Part shown: in pieces, positions 45,478 through 55,004 of the stretch | How the letters are laid out: the number at the start of each line of letters is the position of its first letter | Position numbering within the stretch: the stretch's first letter is position 1 | NCBI GenBank assembly: GCA_965249025.1 | Contig: OZ252215.1 | Location: forward strand, 83,209-147,208 | DNA: 64,000 bases | Reading direction: 5' to 3' | From: Dehalococcoidia bacterium | GTDB taxonomy: Bacteria > Chloroflexota > Dehalococcoidia > Lucifugimonadales > CAYTFF01 | Translations under genes and position numbers: made by a program | Notes under the pieces: model-generated | The model's database searches: none | Told to the model about the DNA's origin: nothing | Seen by the model: only the letters and a program-made list of their open reading frames with translations

Positions 45478-45744
45478 TAGGTAGAACGACTTTTTGGGAG
45501 AGGGTAAGATTAATGCTCTTTAGCCACATAAGAGCAAGTTGTCTCGGCATCCCAAAGGCCTGAGCGCTAATATTAGTCTCCTGTTCAATTCTGCCTCTGG
45601 TTGGTTTGAGTATATGGGCAGGTGTTCACTTGTGTCAACAGTTCTAGACTCTCTTTATCTAGTAAAAAGATAATGTCAATTCATAGCAAACAGGGATGCT
45701 GCTCAACATCCCTTCCATGATTTGGATTTTGCCCAGATGCTTCG

Positions 45745-45773
45745 TTGACACCTAATTGCCATTTTGCTACTCT
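45745..45773 (+). promoter_or_regulatory. candidate promoter (TTGACA-N17-TACTCT) for the SDR gene
   Basis: Hexamers at 45745-45750 and 45768-45773. This supports ATG 45791 (after GGGGGGAGG) rather than TTG 45764 as the start. Confidence 0.45.
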
Positions 45774-45790
45774 TTTCAAAGGGGGGAGGC

Positions 45791-46738
45791 ATGCTTCTTC
45801 TTACGGGGGCGACTGGCTTTGTGGGCCGTAGGGTCTTGAAGGCATTAGGAACTCATGGACTGCCCATACGTTGCCTGGTACACACCCCAGCTTGGGGGGA
45901 GGTTATCCAAAGCCAAGCCGACGAGTTGGTCTATGGCGATGTTTTGGCTCCTGCTTCTCTTAGAGAGGCCGTGCGGGGAGTGGAGGGCATAGTGCATCTT
46001 GTGGCCATAGTTCGGGAGAAGGGGCCTCAAACCTTTGAGAGGGTAAATCTTCGGGGCACCAGGAATTTGTTGGAGGCTGCAAAAGAAGCGGGTGTAAATA
46101 AGTTTATCCACGCCAGCACCATTGGCGCCGCTGACGATCCTACTATTCCATATTTGCGCTCTAGATGGCTGGCGGAGCAGGAGATCATCAAGAGTGGTGT
46201 TCCATACGCCATACTTCGGTCCTCTCTGCTCTTTGGTGAAGGGGATGAATTCTTCAATACTCTAGCTGCCTTGGTCAAGGCCCTTCCAGTGGTTCCCATA
46301 GCGGGAGATGGAGAGGCAAAGTTCCAGCCTTTAGCCGTTGAAGACTTTGCGGAGTGTGTAGCTAGAGCCCTTGGAGACAAAGGCGTCCTTGGTAAGGTCC
46401 TAGAAGTTGGTGGGCCAGAACATATCACCTACGAAGGTCTTATAGACCTGGTGTGTGAAACCCTTCAGCGACACCCGCCTAAAGTGCACCTTCCTTTATC
46501 AATGATGAGGCCGGTGGTCAGCTTAATGGATGCTTTGCTTCCTCGACCTCCTGTGACCTCGGAGCAATTGAAGATGCTTAAGATAGACAACACCGCCGAC
46601 CTTAATTCAGTTGAAGAGATCTTCGGCTTTACCCCTAAGTCGGTGAGGGGAAATATAGATTACATAACACAACTTAGCTATATGGACTCCTTGAAGATAA
46701 ACCTGGGATTTATGCCCGAATATGTACGCGACCACTGA
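45791..46738 (+). CDS. NAD(P)H-binding SDR-family protein (NmrA/NDUFA9-like)
   Basis: Rossmann motif LLLTGATGFVGRRV; 315 aa from ATG 45791. Confidence 0.8.
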   Translation: MLLLTGATGFVGRRVLKALGTHGLPIRCLVHTPAWGEVIQSQADELVYGDVLAPASLREAVRGVEGIVHLVAIVREKGPQTFERVNLRGTRNLLEAAKEAGVNKFIHASTIGAADDPTIPYLRSRWLAEQEIIKSGVPYAILRSSLLFGEGDEFFNTLAALVKALPVVPIAGDGEAKFQPLAVEDFAECVARALGDKGVLGKVLEVGGPEHITYEGLIDLVCETLQRHPPKVHLPLSMMRPVVSLMDALLPRPPVTSEQLKMLKIDNTADLNSVEEIFGFTPKSVRGNIDYITQLSYMDSLKINLGFMPEYVRDH

Positions 46739-46780
46739 TCTTGGTCTACCGGTTCATGCGGTGCACTCTGTTAGGAGACC

Positions 46781-48163
46781 TTGTTGGACTACAATACCGC
46801 CCTCGAGCGGATTCTAAGTTTGGCCGATTTTGAACGGCCGAAGAAAGACCCCAATCGCTCTGAGTACCATCTACACCGCATTGAACTGATGCTGGAGAAG
46901 ATGGGCAGACCCCATCTAAGCGCGCCGACTGTTCACGTGGCGGGAAGCAAAGGAAAGGGAAGTACCGCAGCCCTAATTACGTCTTTGCTCTCTGCTCAGG
47001 GATACAAGACGGGTCTTTACACCTCCCCTCATTTACACACTTTCAGAGAGAGGATAAGGGTAGACTCTAGTATTGTAACGGAAGAAGGGTTCTCCCGCTT
47101 GGTGGAGGAGTTGTGGCCTGTGGTGCAATGGGTGGCTGAGGAGGGAGGTTATGGGGAGCCGACTACTTTCGAACTGCTTACGTGTATGGCGTTCGTTTAT
47201 TTCCAGCAATCCAAGACGGACTTTCAGGTAATTGAGGTTGGCATGGGAGGAAGACTGGATACCACCAACATAGTCGACCCTGAGGTATGTGTGTTGACCT
47301 CCATTAGCCTTGACCATACTGAGGTCCTTGGCGACACCCTAGAGCGTATAGCCATGGAAAAGGCGGGCATAATCAAACCAGGCGCGACGGTTGTAGTGGC
47401 CCCTCAACCACCGGAGGTCATGAGGATATTCCAAGGGGTCAGCGAAGAGAAGGGCGCTCAGTTGCTCGCTGTTAGCGAGGAGATGTCCTGGCACAGGGAG
47501 TCCCATAACTTTGAAGGCCAGTCTTTCAGTGTGAGCGAGGCGGGTAGCTCATTTCGGTTCTGGGTGCCCCTCTTAGGCGAGCATCAGTTGGAGAACGCCT
47601 GCACTGCCTTGGCTGCTGTGGAAGCACTGAAGAATAGGGGACACACGATTTCCGAAGAGAGCTTCGATAGGGGCTTTAGGGAGGTGCAATGGCCAGGACG
47701 GCTGGAGGTGTTGAGACACAACGGCCAGACCATAGTGGTGGATGGGGCGCATAACCCTTACTCAATGAACAGGCTGGTTGAGGCTCTCAGCGATTACTTC
47801 AAATTTGATGATGTGATTGTGCTATTTGGCTCGCTAGACAGACACAACGTTGATGGAATGGTGCAAGAGCTGGCGACACTTTCTCCTAGAATCATAGCGG
47901 TAAGATCTAGACATCCGCGGTCAATGTCTAGCGAGGCTATAGCTCAAGCCTTTTCCCAAGGTGGTGTCCAGACGGTTTACGAATCTGATGACATAAGTAG
48001 GGCCACTAATTACGCTGTGGATATGGCCCAGCGGGGAGACCTAATATTAGGGACAGGGTCCCTTTTTGTGGCGGCGGAGATTATCGAGACAATTCGTGGG
48101 AAGGAACCAGAGCTTTATCCCTCATTGGATAGCTCTTCCTCCAGACCCGTCAGTACGGCGTGA
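46781..48163 (+). CDS. folC: bifunctional folylpolyglutamate synthase / dihydrofolate synthase
   Basis: P-loop VHVAGSKGKGST, Mur-ligase middle and C-terminal domains. Confidence 0.9.
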   Translation: MLDYNTALERILSLADFERPKKDPNRSEYHLHRIELMLEKMGRPHLSAPTVHVAGSKGKGSTAALITSLLSAQGYKTGLYTSPHLHTFRERIRVDSSIVTEEGFSRLVEELWPVVQWVAEEGGYGEPTTFELLTCMAFVYFQQSKTDFQVIEVGMGGRLDTTNIVDPEVCVLTSISLDHTEVLGDTLERIAMEKAGIIKPGATVVVAPQPPEVMRIFQGVSEEKGAQLLAVSEEMSWHRESHNFEGQSFSVSEAGSSFRFWVPLLGEHQLENACTALAAVEALKNRGHTISEESFDRGFREVQWPGRLEVLRHNGQTIVVDGAHNPYSMNRLVEALSDYFKFDDVIVLFGSLDRHNVDGMVQELATLSPRIIAVRSRHPRSMSSEAIAQAFSQGGVQTVYESDDISRATNYAVDMAQRGDLILGTGSLFVAAEIIETIRGKEPELYPSLDSSSSRPVSTA

Positions 48164-48177
48164 GGTAGTCAACAGCT

Positions 48178-49431
48178 ATGAACAACAGGAAAAGAACGCG
48201 AGTCGTGGTAACTGGCATGGGAGCCGTTACGCCTTTAGGCCAATCTATAGATGAGTTTTGGAAGGGGCTGGTTGAAGGGAGGTCTGGCATAGGGCCGATT
48301 ACCTTATGCGACGCTTCTGAATTTACGTGTCGCATCGCAGGAGAGGTCACTGGCTTCGACCCGACACAGTTCATAAATGCCAAGGAAGGTCGTCGCATGG
48401 CGCGATTCTCCCAGTTGGCCATCGCCGCTGCCCAAATGTCAGTGGAGGATGCGGGACTGAACCTTTCTAAGGAAGATTCGGAGCGCATAGGTATAGTAAT
48501 GGGCACTGGAGTTGGAGGCTTTCCTACCACTGAGGACAACGCTCGGGTCCTGGTGGAGCGGGGCGGTATGCGGATGAGCCCCTTCTTCATTCCCATGATC
48601 CTGCCCAATATGGCTGCGTCTAACATAAGTCGCACCCTAGGAATCAAAGGGTACAGCAATACGGTTATTACGGCCTGCGCCGCCGGCACTCAGGGCGTCG
48701 GCGAGGCGGTAGAGGTGATCAGGCGAGGGGCGGCGGACGTGGTGCTTGGAGGCGGCTGCGAGGCTGGCATTAGCCAGCTAGGCTTGGGAGGATTCTGCGT
48801 AATCCATGCCCTGACCTCTAGCAACGAGGAGCCGGAGAAGGCGAGCCGCCCCTTCGACGCCGAGCGAGACGGCTTCGTTCCGGCGGAAGGGGCCGCGGTC
48901 TTCATCCTGGAGTCCCTGGAACACGCCCTGAGCAGGGGAGCCGACATCCTGGCCGAGGTCTTGGGTTACGGTGCCTCCTCCGACGCCTATCATCTGGTCC
49001 AGCCGGAAGAGGATGGTTCAGGGGCCGCCAGGGCCATCCGGTGGTCTTTGGAGAACGCGGGCTTAAGGCCTGAGGACATCGATTATATAAACGCCCACGG
49101 AACATCCACGCCGTTAAACGACAAGTCGGAGACCCTGGCCATCAAGAGGGCCTTTGGCGAGCAAGCCTACAAAGTTCCCATAAGCTCCACCAAGTCCATG
49201 ATCGGACATGCCCTTGGAGGCTCAGGCGCTCTGGAGGCCGTGGCCTGTGTGAAGACCATCCAGGATGGCGTGATCCATCCGACGATAAACTACGAGTACC
49301 CAGACCCCGACTGCGATTTGGACTACGTGCCCAACGAGGCCCGACACCAGGAAGTCAGGACCGTCCTGTCCAACAGCTTCGGCTTCGGCGGCCAGAACGC
49401 CTGCCTGGTCTTCAGCAGGTTTGAGGAGTAG
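48178..49431 (+). CDS. fabF: beta-ketoacyl-ACP synthase II
   Basis: RVVVTGMGAVTPLG, active-site ACAAG, HGTSTPLND and GHALGGSG motifs. Confidence 0.95.
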   Translation: MNNRKRTRVVVTGMGAVTPLGQSIDEFWKGLVEGRSGIGPITLCDASEFTCRIAGEVTGFDPTQFINAKEGRRMARFSQLAIAAAQMSVEDAGLNLSKEDSERIGIVMGTGVGGFPTTEDNARVLVERGGMRMSPFFIPMILPNMAASNISRTLGIKGYSNTVITACAAGTQGVGEAVEVIRRGAADVVLGGGCEAGISQLGLGGFCVIHALTSSNEEPEKASRPFDAERDGFVPAEGAAVFILESLEHALSRGADILAEVLGYGASSDAYHLVQPEEDGSGAARAIRWSLENAGLRPEDIDYINAHGTSTPLNDKSETLAIKRAFGEQAYKVPISSTKSMIGHALGGSGALEAVACVKTIQDGVIHPTINYEYPDPDCDLDYVPNEARHQEVRTVLSNSFGFGGQNACLVFSRFEE

Positions 49432-49449
49432 AGGCGCCTAGCTCTAACC

Positions 49450-49503
49450 GTCATTGCGAGCCGCGATGAAATCGGAGAGCGAAGCAATCTGGAGGAGTGG
49501 GGC
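49450..49503. repeat. half-copy of the GTCATTGCGAG...AAGCAATCTGG repeat family
   Basis: GTCATTGCGAGCCGCGATGAAATCGGAGAGCGAAGCAATCTGGAGGAGTGGGG. Confidence 0.75.
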
Positions 49504-49678
49504 CTGCCGCCGCTTATCAGGCATTTCTTCACAACCTCTGAACTGATGACATGCGCTTATAGACGCTTTCGACAATCCGTTTTTGTACTTGGGTGCGCTG
49601 TCTTTCAGCGCGGGGACTGTCTTCTTCTGAAACCCACTCTGGACAGCCAGATTTCCACTCTCTTATCAGCCGGAGCCT

Positions 49679-49999
49679 CTATTGGTCCCTTTGCCGTAGC
49701 CGCTTTGCTGTACTCATCGCTTCGTCGCCGTGGACTACCTGAAGAGGGCCGAGGCCCTCTTGATCATCGAGGTGTGCGCCTAGTTCCGCCATCCTCATTG
49801 CCTCTTCCCGAGACGTTGGGCCTTTTGCCCGGGCCGCTGCCACAAGTTTCTTCATCTCCTCTAGCTCAGAACCCTGCTGCTCCAAGTACGTAGTAATGGC
49901 ATTGCGGATAAGTTCCACCAACGCCTTCCGCTCGATAACGGAGCGGAGCTTCAAGCTATCGTACTCCTCCTGGGTGAGCCGAAGTGTTAGTGCAGGCAT
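49679..49999 (-). CDS. ribbon-helix-helix (CopG-like) domain protein
   Basis: MPALTLRLTQEEYDSLKLRSVIERKALVELIRNAITTYL fits a beta-strand plus two helices RHH fold. The C-terminal half is uncharacterised and no toxin partner is seen. Confidence 0.5.
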   Translation of the reverse strand: MPALTLRLTQEEYDSLKLRSVIERKALVELIRNAITTYLEQQGSELEEMKKLVAAARAKGPTSREEAMRMAELGAHLDDQEGLGPLQVVHGDEAMSTAKRLRQRDQ

Positions 50000-50276
50000 A
50001 GATATCCTTCCTATCACAATGCAGTATATCGGTGTTACGGTATCATTATACCATGACTGTCATATATTGGTGAACTCCCCTGAAAACGACTCCGATAGCA
50101 GGTTGTCTAAGCACCATTGCCCTTAAATCTTCAAAGCGGCATTCCTTACATTACACTGATGCTCACTTGGAATGGTTATTGAATTAACCTAACACCTTGA
50201 GAAGTGTCAATTCATCTTCGCCTGAAGGCGAAGACACCGATACCCCATCCTTATGGTCATGGAGAAAATAAGGTAA

Positions 50277-50336
50277 CAATTTACGATACGGCTACTCGAC
50301 CCCCGCCTAAAGGCGGAGGCATCGATGCCCCATGCT
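50277..50336. repeat. ~60-nt interspersed repeat, copy 2 (inverted relative to 15249-15308)
   Basis: See 15249-15308. It is extended here by the perfect palindrome CCCCATGCT-tc-AGCATGGGG. Confidence 0.85.
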
Positions 50337-50393
50337 TCAGCATGGGGTCGAAAAAGCGCGAATATCGCAACGTTGGGATTTTCCGCCCTACCT

Positions 50394-50642
50394 CTACGCC
50401 TGCACTGGCTCCTTGGTTGCTATCATGCCCTCTAGGATTCGCTGAAGGGCCATGGTGTGACTGCAAAGGCCGTGCCCCGCGAAAAAGTCGCAAGTGCACG
50501 ACCACTTATCGTCCTCGTAAGATACCTGGTGGGTGTTGTGTTCGCCTCTGAATTCGGTCTTCAATTGATAGAATCTTACCCTGTCTTTCTCTGCCGCATA
50601 CCGCTTCGCCTTCTCTATCTTACCAATGAGGCTTGAGTTCAT
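50394..50642 (-). CDS. small SWIM-type zinc-finger protein
   Basis: WSCTCDFFAGHGLCSHTMAL matches the CxCxnCxH SWIM pattern; 82 aa. Confidence 0.6.
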   Translation of the reverse strand: MNSSLIGKIEKAKRYAAEKDRVRFYQLKTEFRGEHNTHQVSYEDDKWSCTCDFFAGHGLCSHTMALQRILEGMIATKEPVQA

Positions 50643-50793
50643 CTAAATCTCCTTCCAAAGTCGTTCGTTCCTTAAATCACAATCCCACTGCTGTCTTCCA
50701 TTTTAGACGCCAGCCTCCGCCTGGTCAACGAAATTTTCGGCAAAAAATTCTCGATTCACCCTCTTGGTAGGCCAGCCCTTTAGCGGTGTTATA

Positions 50794-53700
50794 ATGGCGG
50801 AAGCGCTTTCTCTAGGAGGGCCTTTGTTCACCCATCTACACGTTCATACAGAATACAGCCTACTCGATGGAGTGAGCCGTATCAGGCCCATGCTAGAGAG
50901 GGCCAAGGCCCTTGGCATGAACAGCCTGGCAATTACCGACCACGGCAACATGTATGGGGCCATCGAGTTTTTTCAGACTGCAAAACATCTGGACATCAAA
51001 CCTATCTTAGGCTGTGAGCTGTATGTGGCCCAAGACAGTCGGCATGGCCGAACCCCCAGCAACAAGAGTCCTTATCATCTAACGGTCCTTGCCAAGGATA
51101 TTAAAGGGTATAAGAACCTATATCAGCTAGCTACCAAGGCCCATCTGGAGGGCTTCTATTACAGGCCTCGGGTGGACAAAGAGCTGCTGGAGCAGCATAG
51201 AGAGGGTCTTGTAGTCCTTTCAGGGTGCCTCAACTCTGAGGTCTCCCGCCTGATAGTCGAAGGCCAGATAGAGGAGGCCGAAAGGGCTGCGTCGTGGCAC
51301 CAGGATGTCTTTGGCGACTACTATTTGGAGGTTCAAGAGCACGAGGGCATACCTGAGCTTAAGGTGGTCAATCAGCAGCTTGTCTCCATGAATAAGAAGC
51401 TCAGCTTCCCCTTAGTGGCAACTAACGACTTCCACTACGTCAACCGGGAAGATTCCCCCCTACAGGATATTCGCATCTGCATCCACACCAACACCAACAT
51501 CTACGACGACAAGCGTCTCAAGATGGCAGATGACTCCTACTATCTGAAGAGTCCAGAGGAGATGGTAGCCCTGTTCAAGGAATTGCCTGAGGCCGTCTCT
51601 AACACTCAGACCATAGCCGAGATGTGCAACGTGGAGTTAGAGTTCGGGAAACTGCGGCTGCCGGAATACAAGACCCCAGATGGGCAGGGTGCCTATGAAT
51701 ATCTAACAGTCCTGTGCTGGGAGGGTCTAAAGAGAAGGTTTCAAAGCGCCACTCCCGAGCTTGAGCAGCGCCTCTCGTACGAGCTAGACGTCATAAAGCA
51801 GACTCAGTTCGCCAACTACTTCTTGGTGGTCTGGGATATAGCGACCTTCGCCAGGGAGAACCGTATTCTCTTTGGCGTTCGTGGCAGCGCCGCCGCCAGC
51901 CTGGTCCTCTATTGCTTGGACGTCACCGATATCGACCCATTGGAGTTCGGTCTGGTCTTCGAGCGTTTCCTGAACATAGAGCGCAAGGAGATGCCTGATA
52001 TTGACATGGACTTCCAGGACGACCGTCGCGAAGAGATTATCAATTACCTGGTGCGGAAGTACGGTTCCGACAAAGTGGCCCAGATCATCACCTTTGGCAC
52101 TCTGGGCGCTAAGGCGGCCATCCGTGATGTGGGGCGTGCCCTGGCGATGCCGTATGCTGATGTCGACCGCGTCGCCAGGCTTATTCCCTTTCGACTGAAC
52201 ATGAAGCTTGATGCAGCCATGGAGGAGAGCCCAGACCTGAAGGAGATCTACGAGGCCGATGATTCCCTTCGTAAATTGGTGGATACGGCTCGTAAATTGG
52301 AGGGACTTGCCCGTCACGTCAGTACGCATGCCGCGGGCGTGGTCATCTCCAAAGACCCACTGGTTGAACTTACCCCGCTGCAACGTCCCACCAAAGGTGA
52401 CGAGCATGGGACCTCTATGACCCAGTATCCCATGGATGCCATCGCCAAGTTGGGCCTTCTCAAGATGGATATCCTTGGCTTGATTAACCTGACCATCCTG
52501 GACAGGGCTGTGAAGCTGGTGGCCGAGGCCAGAGGGATTAATTTGGAGTTGCCGAATATACCCTTGGACGACCAGAAGACCTTTGCGCTCTTGTCTTCCG
52601 GCGACACAGCCAACGTCTTCCAACTTGAGGGCGCTGGCATGCGACGCTACATTAAGGAGCTTAAGCCTTCCTCCTTGAGGGACGTGGCGGCTATGATCGC
52701 CCTCTACAGGCCTGGCCCCATGGAGCACGTCTCCACCTTCATCGACGCCAAACACGGCCGGGCACCCATAAAGTTCCCCCATGAGGCCCTAAAAGAGATC
52801 CTGCATGAGACCTATGGGGTCATCGTTTATCAGGACCAGGTTCTCATCATAGCGCGCACCTTTGCTGGATACACCCTGGGGGAGGCGGACATCGTCCGCA
52901 AGGCCATGGGCAAGAAGATTCCGGAGGTCATGCGACAGGAGAAGGACAAGTTCATTGAAGGGGCGTTGAAACAGGGCTATACCAGGGAGATGGCCCAGCA
53001 GATGTTCGACCTCATAGAGCCTTTCGCAGGATATGCCTTCAACAAGGCCCACAGCATGAGCTACGCCCTCATCTCCTATTGGACAGCCTACTTCAAGGCC
53101 AACTATTCCGTGGAGTACATGACGGCTGTGCTCAACTCCTATTTGGGCAATACAGATAAGGTAGCGAGCGCTATAGGCGAGTGTCGCCGTCTTCGGATCT
53201 ATGTCCTGCCCCCAAGCATTAACGAGAGCGGCGTGGGGTTTACCATGGAAAAGATGGAGGATGGCCAGGACGCTATTCGTTTTGGTCTGGCGGCTGTGAA
53301 GAACGTTGGAGAGGGGGCGGTTGGCCTCATTCTCCAAGTCAGAGAAGAGGGAGGGCCTTTCAAAAGCATAGAGGACCTTTGTGCTCGCGCCGATATGAAG
53401 GGTCTGAATCGAAGGGCCCTGGAGAGCCTGATTAAGGTGGGCGCTCTGGATTGTCTGGGGAACCGAGGCTCTTTGCTGGCAGCCGTAGAGCGTATCCTGG
53501 CTATGGCAAATCGGGAGGCAAAGCTGAAGCAGTCGGGCCAGGCCACCATGTTCGACCTCTTTGGGGAAAGCGTTCCCACTCCGCTGGGGACAATAGAGTT
53601 GCCGGACATGGACGTGCTTCAGAAGGAGAAACTGGTTTGGGAAAAAGAGTTGCTGGGCGTATATCTCTCAGATAACCCAATCAGCAGCGTTGCGTATCAG

Positions 53701-54405
53701 GCGAATTCTGAGGCTATAGTGTTTAAGGACCAGTTGGACCCTGAAATGAAGCGGGTTCAGTTGGTAGGCCAGGTGATGTCGACTCAGAAGAGGTACACTC
53801 GAGAACAGAAACCCTTCCTCATTGCCAATTTAGGCCTCATGGATGGACAGGTAGAGGTAGCGGTGTGGTCCAAACAGTTGGAAGAGACGGAGGCTCTATG
53901 GGTAGAGGGTAATTTCCTTTTGGTCGTCGGAAGGGTTCGGGTCCGAAACGACCAGATTAGCATCACATGTGAGAATGTCGAAGAGTATAACTTGCCCGCA
54001 CCCGATGTTCATACGCAAACCGAGGTAAGCGCGAATGTCGAGGAGGCTGAACCTCCTTCACAAGAGAAATCTCAGCCTCAATCGTCTTCACCTTCGCCGC
54101 CTTCGTTGGAGAAGCCTCTGCCTCAGCCGCCATCGCCTACGCCCAATGCCGGGAAACACCGTTTGCGTCTGCGATTTCGAGAGACAGACGACCCTGTCCA
54201 GGACGAGTATCTGCTGAAGGATGTGGTGACGCTTTTGTTGGACTATCAGGGAACCGACCCAGTGAAGTTGGAGATAGCTACCAACGGACACAGCGTGCAA
54301 ATGGACCTGCCTATTGTCAGCGTAAACTGCTGTCAAGAGCTGATAGAAAGTCTCGAGAAGGTGATGGGATACCCTGGCGCCATCATCGAGGATATCTCAG
54401 CTTGA
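50794..54405 (+). CDS. dnaE: DNA polymerase III alpha subunit
   Basis: PHP domain (FTHLHVHTEYSLLDG), polymerase core, an OB fold, and an unusual Pro/Ser-rich linker followed by a ~90-aa C-terminal module. Confidence 0.95.
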   Translation: MAEALSLGGPLFTHLHVHTEYSLLDGVSRIRPMLERAKALGMNSLAITDHGNMYGAIEFFQTAKHLDIKPILGCELYVAQDSRHGRTPSNKSPYHLTVLAKDIKGYKNLYQLATKAHLEGFYYRPRVDKELLEQHREGLVVLSGCLNSEVSRLIVEGQIEEAERAASWHQDVFGDYYLEVQEHEGIPELKVVNQQLVSMNKKLSFPLVATNDFHYVNREDSPLQDIRICIHTNTNIYDDKRLKMADDSYYLKSPEEMVALFKELPEAVSNTQTIAEMCNVELEFGKLRLPEYKTPDGQGAYEYLTVLCWEGLKRRFQSATPELEQRLSYELDVIKQTQFANYFLVVWDIATFARENRILFGVRGSAAASLVLYCLDVTDIDPLEFGLVFERFLNIERKEMPDIDMDFQDDRREEIINYLVRKYGSDKVAQIITFGTLGAKAAIRDVGRALAMPYADVDRVARLIPFRLNMKLDAAMEESPDLKEIYEADDSLRKLVDTARKLEGLARHVSTHAAGVVISKDPLVELTPLQRPTKGDEHGTSMTQYPMDAIAKLGLLKMDILGLINLTILDRAVKLVAEARGINLELPNIPLDDQKTFALLSSGDTANVFQLEGAGMRRYIKELKPSSLRDVAAMIALYRPGPMEHVSTFIDAKHGRAPIKFPHEALKEILHETYGVIVYQDQVLIIARTFAGYTLGEADIVRKAMGKKIPEVMRQEKDKFIEGALKQGYTREMAQQMFDLIEPFAGYAFNKAHSMSYALISYWTAYFKANYSVEYMTAVLNSYLGNTDKVASAIGECRRLRIYVLPPSINESGVGFTMEKMEDGQDAIRFGLAAVKNVGEGAVGLILQVREEGGPFKSIEDLCARADMKGLNRRALESLIKVGALDCLGNRGSLLAAVERILAMANREAKLKQSGQATMFDLFGESVPTPLGTIELPDMDVLQKEKLVWEKELLGVYLSDNPISSVAYQANSEAIVFKDQLDPEMKRVQLVGQVMSTQKRYTREQKPFLIANLGLMDGQVEVAVWSKQLEETEALWVEGNFLLVVGRVRVRNDQISITCENVEEYNLPAPDVHTQTEVSANVEEAEPPSQEKSQPQSSSPSPPSLEKPLPQPPSPTPNAGKHRLRLRFRETDDPVQDEYLLKDVVTLLLDYQGTDPVKLEIATNGHSVQMDLPIVSVNCCQELIESLEKVMGYPGAIIEDISA

Positions 54406-54620
54406 AGTGGGTGCACTTGACAACTGCGCCTGATCAGACCATTGCCGCGACTTGGCGTGACCTTCTCAACCAGGAAGGGGTCTCCGCCGTTATTCGCGCC
54501 AGCGATGTGAGCTCCTTTTTAGGGGTATCCCTAACCCCATGCCGCATTATGGTCCCAGAGGAGGAGATGGAGCGGGCCAAGGATGTCCTGGCCGTCTTCC
54601 TGGATGAGGGGAGCCAATAG
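54402..54620 (+). CDS. DUF2007-like small protein (putative signal-transducing fold)
   Basis: 72 aa. TTGA overlap with the dnaE stop. The pattern ...AATWRDLLNQEGVSAVIR...VPEEEMERAKDVL is DUF2007-like. Confidence 0.55.
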   Translation: MKWVHLTTAPDQTIAATWRDLLNQEGVSAVIRASDVSSFLGVSLTPCRIMVPEEEMERAKDVLAVFLDEGSQ

Positions 54621-54634
54621 AGAGTGTTGCGCTT

Positions 54635-54662
54635 ACCCCACATAGTATAGGTTTGGGGTTTT
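54635..54662 (+). terminator. possible terminator of the dnaE operon
   Basis: ACCCCA-N13-TGGGGT followed by TTTTGCTT. Confidence 0.4.
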
Positions 54663-55004
54663 GCTTCGTCGGCTAGGGTAGGGGTTAATTGGAGTCGCAG
54701 AATATCGGCGGGTTCGAGTCCCTGATCTCCTCGAAGTCACTAGAACCCCTCCACTAATTTCCCTATTCGACAACGAAGGAAATGGTAGACCATGGACTAT
54801 TAACAAGTTGTGCTAGTTGGCTACACGCTGTATTATGCGAGACACATTTCAGTTAGCCCATCGCGTTTGAATATTGGTTAAGCCATCAGTTCCTGCTATC
54901 AGCGCAAATGCCAGAGAGGTTTTGACCAAGCGACTCGCTTGGTCATATCTGGCTTCTGAATGCCACTCCCGTTTGTAGTCCAGCTGCTCTATTGGAGGTG
55001 AACC

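Noticed and set aside
49532-49678. A 49-codon open stretch continuing in frame after the TAG stop of the RHH gene (possible stop-codon read-through or a split gene).
   Set aside because: There is no start codon and no recognisable domain. An open run of this length has roughly a 10% chance in sequence of this composition. There is no supporting evidence.
54672-54748. Possible tRNA gene (GGGTTCGAGTCCC T-loop).
   Set aside because: The T-stem has only 3 clean base pairs. There is no complementary 5' acceptor strand (AGGAGAT), no D-arm and no anticodon arm within 80 nt upstream. It is kept only as a possible att-site relic.
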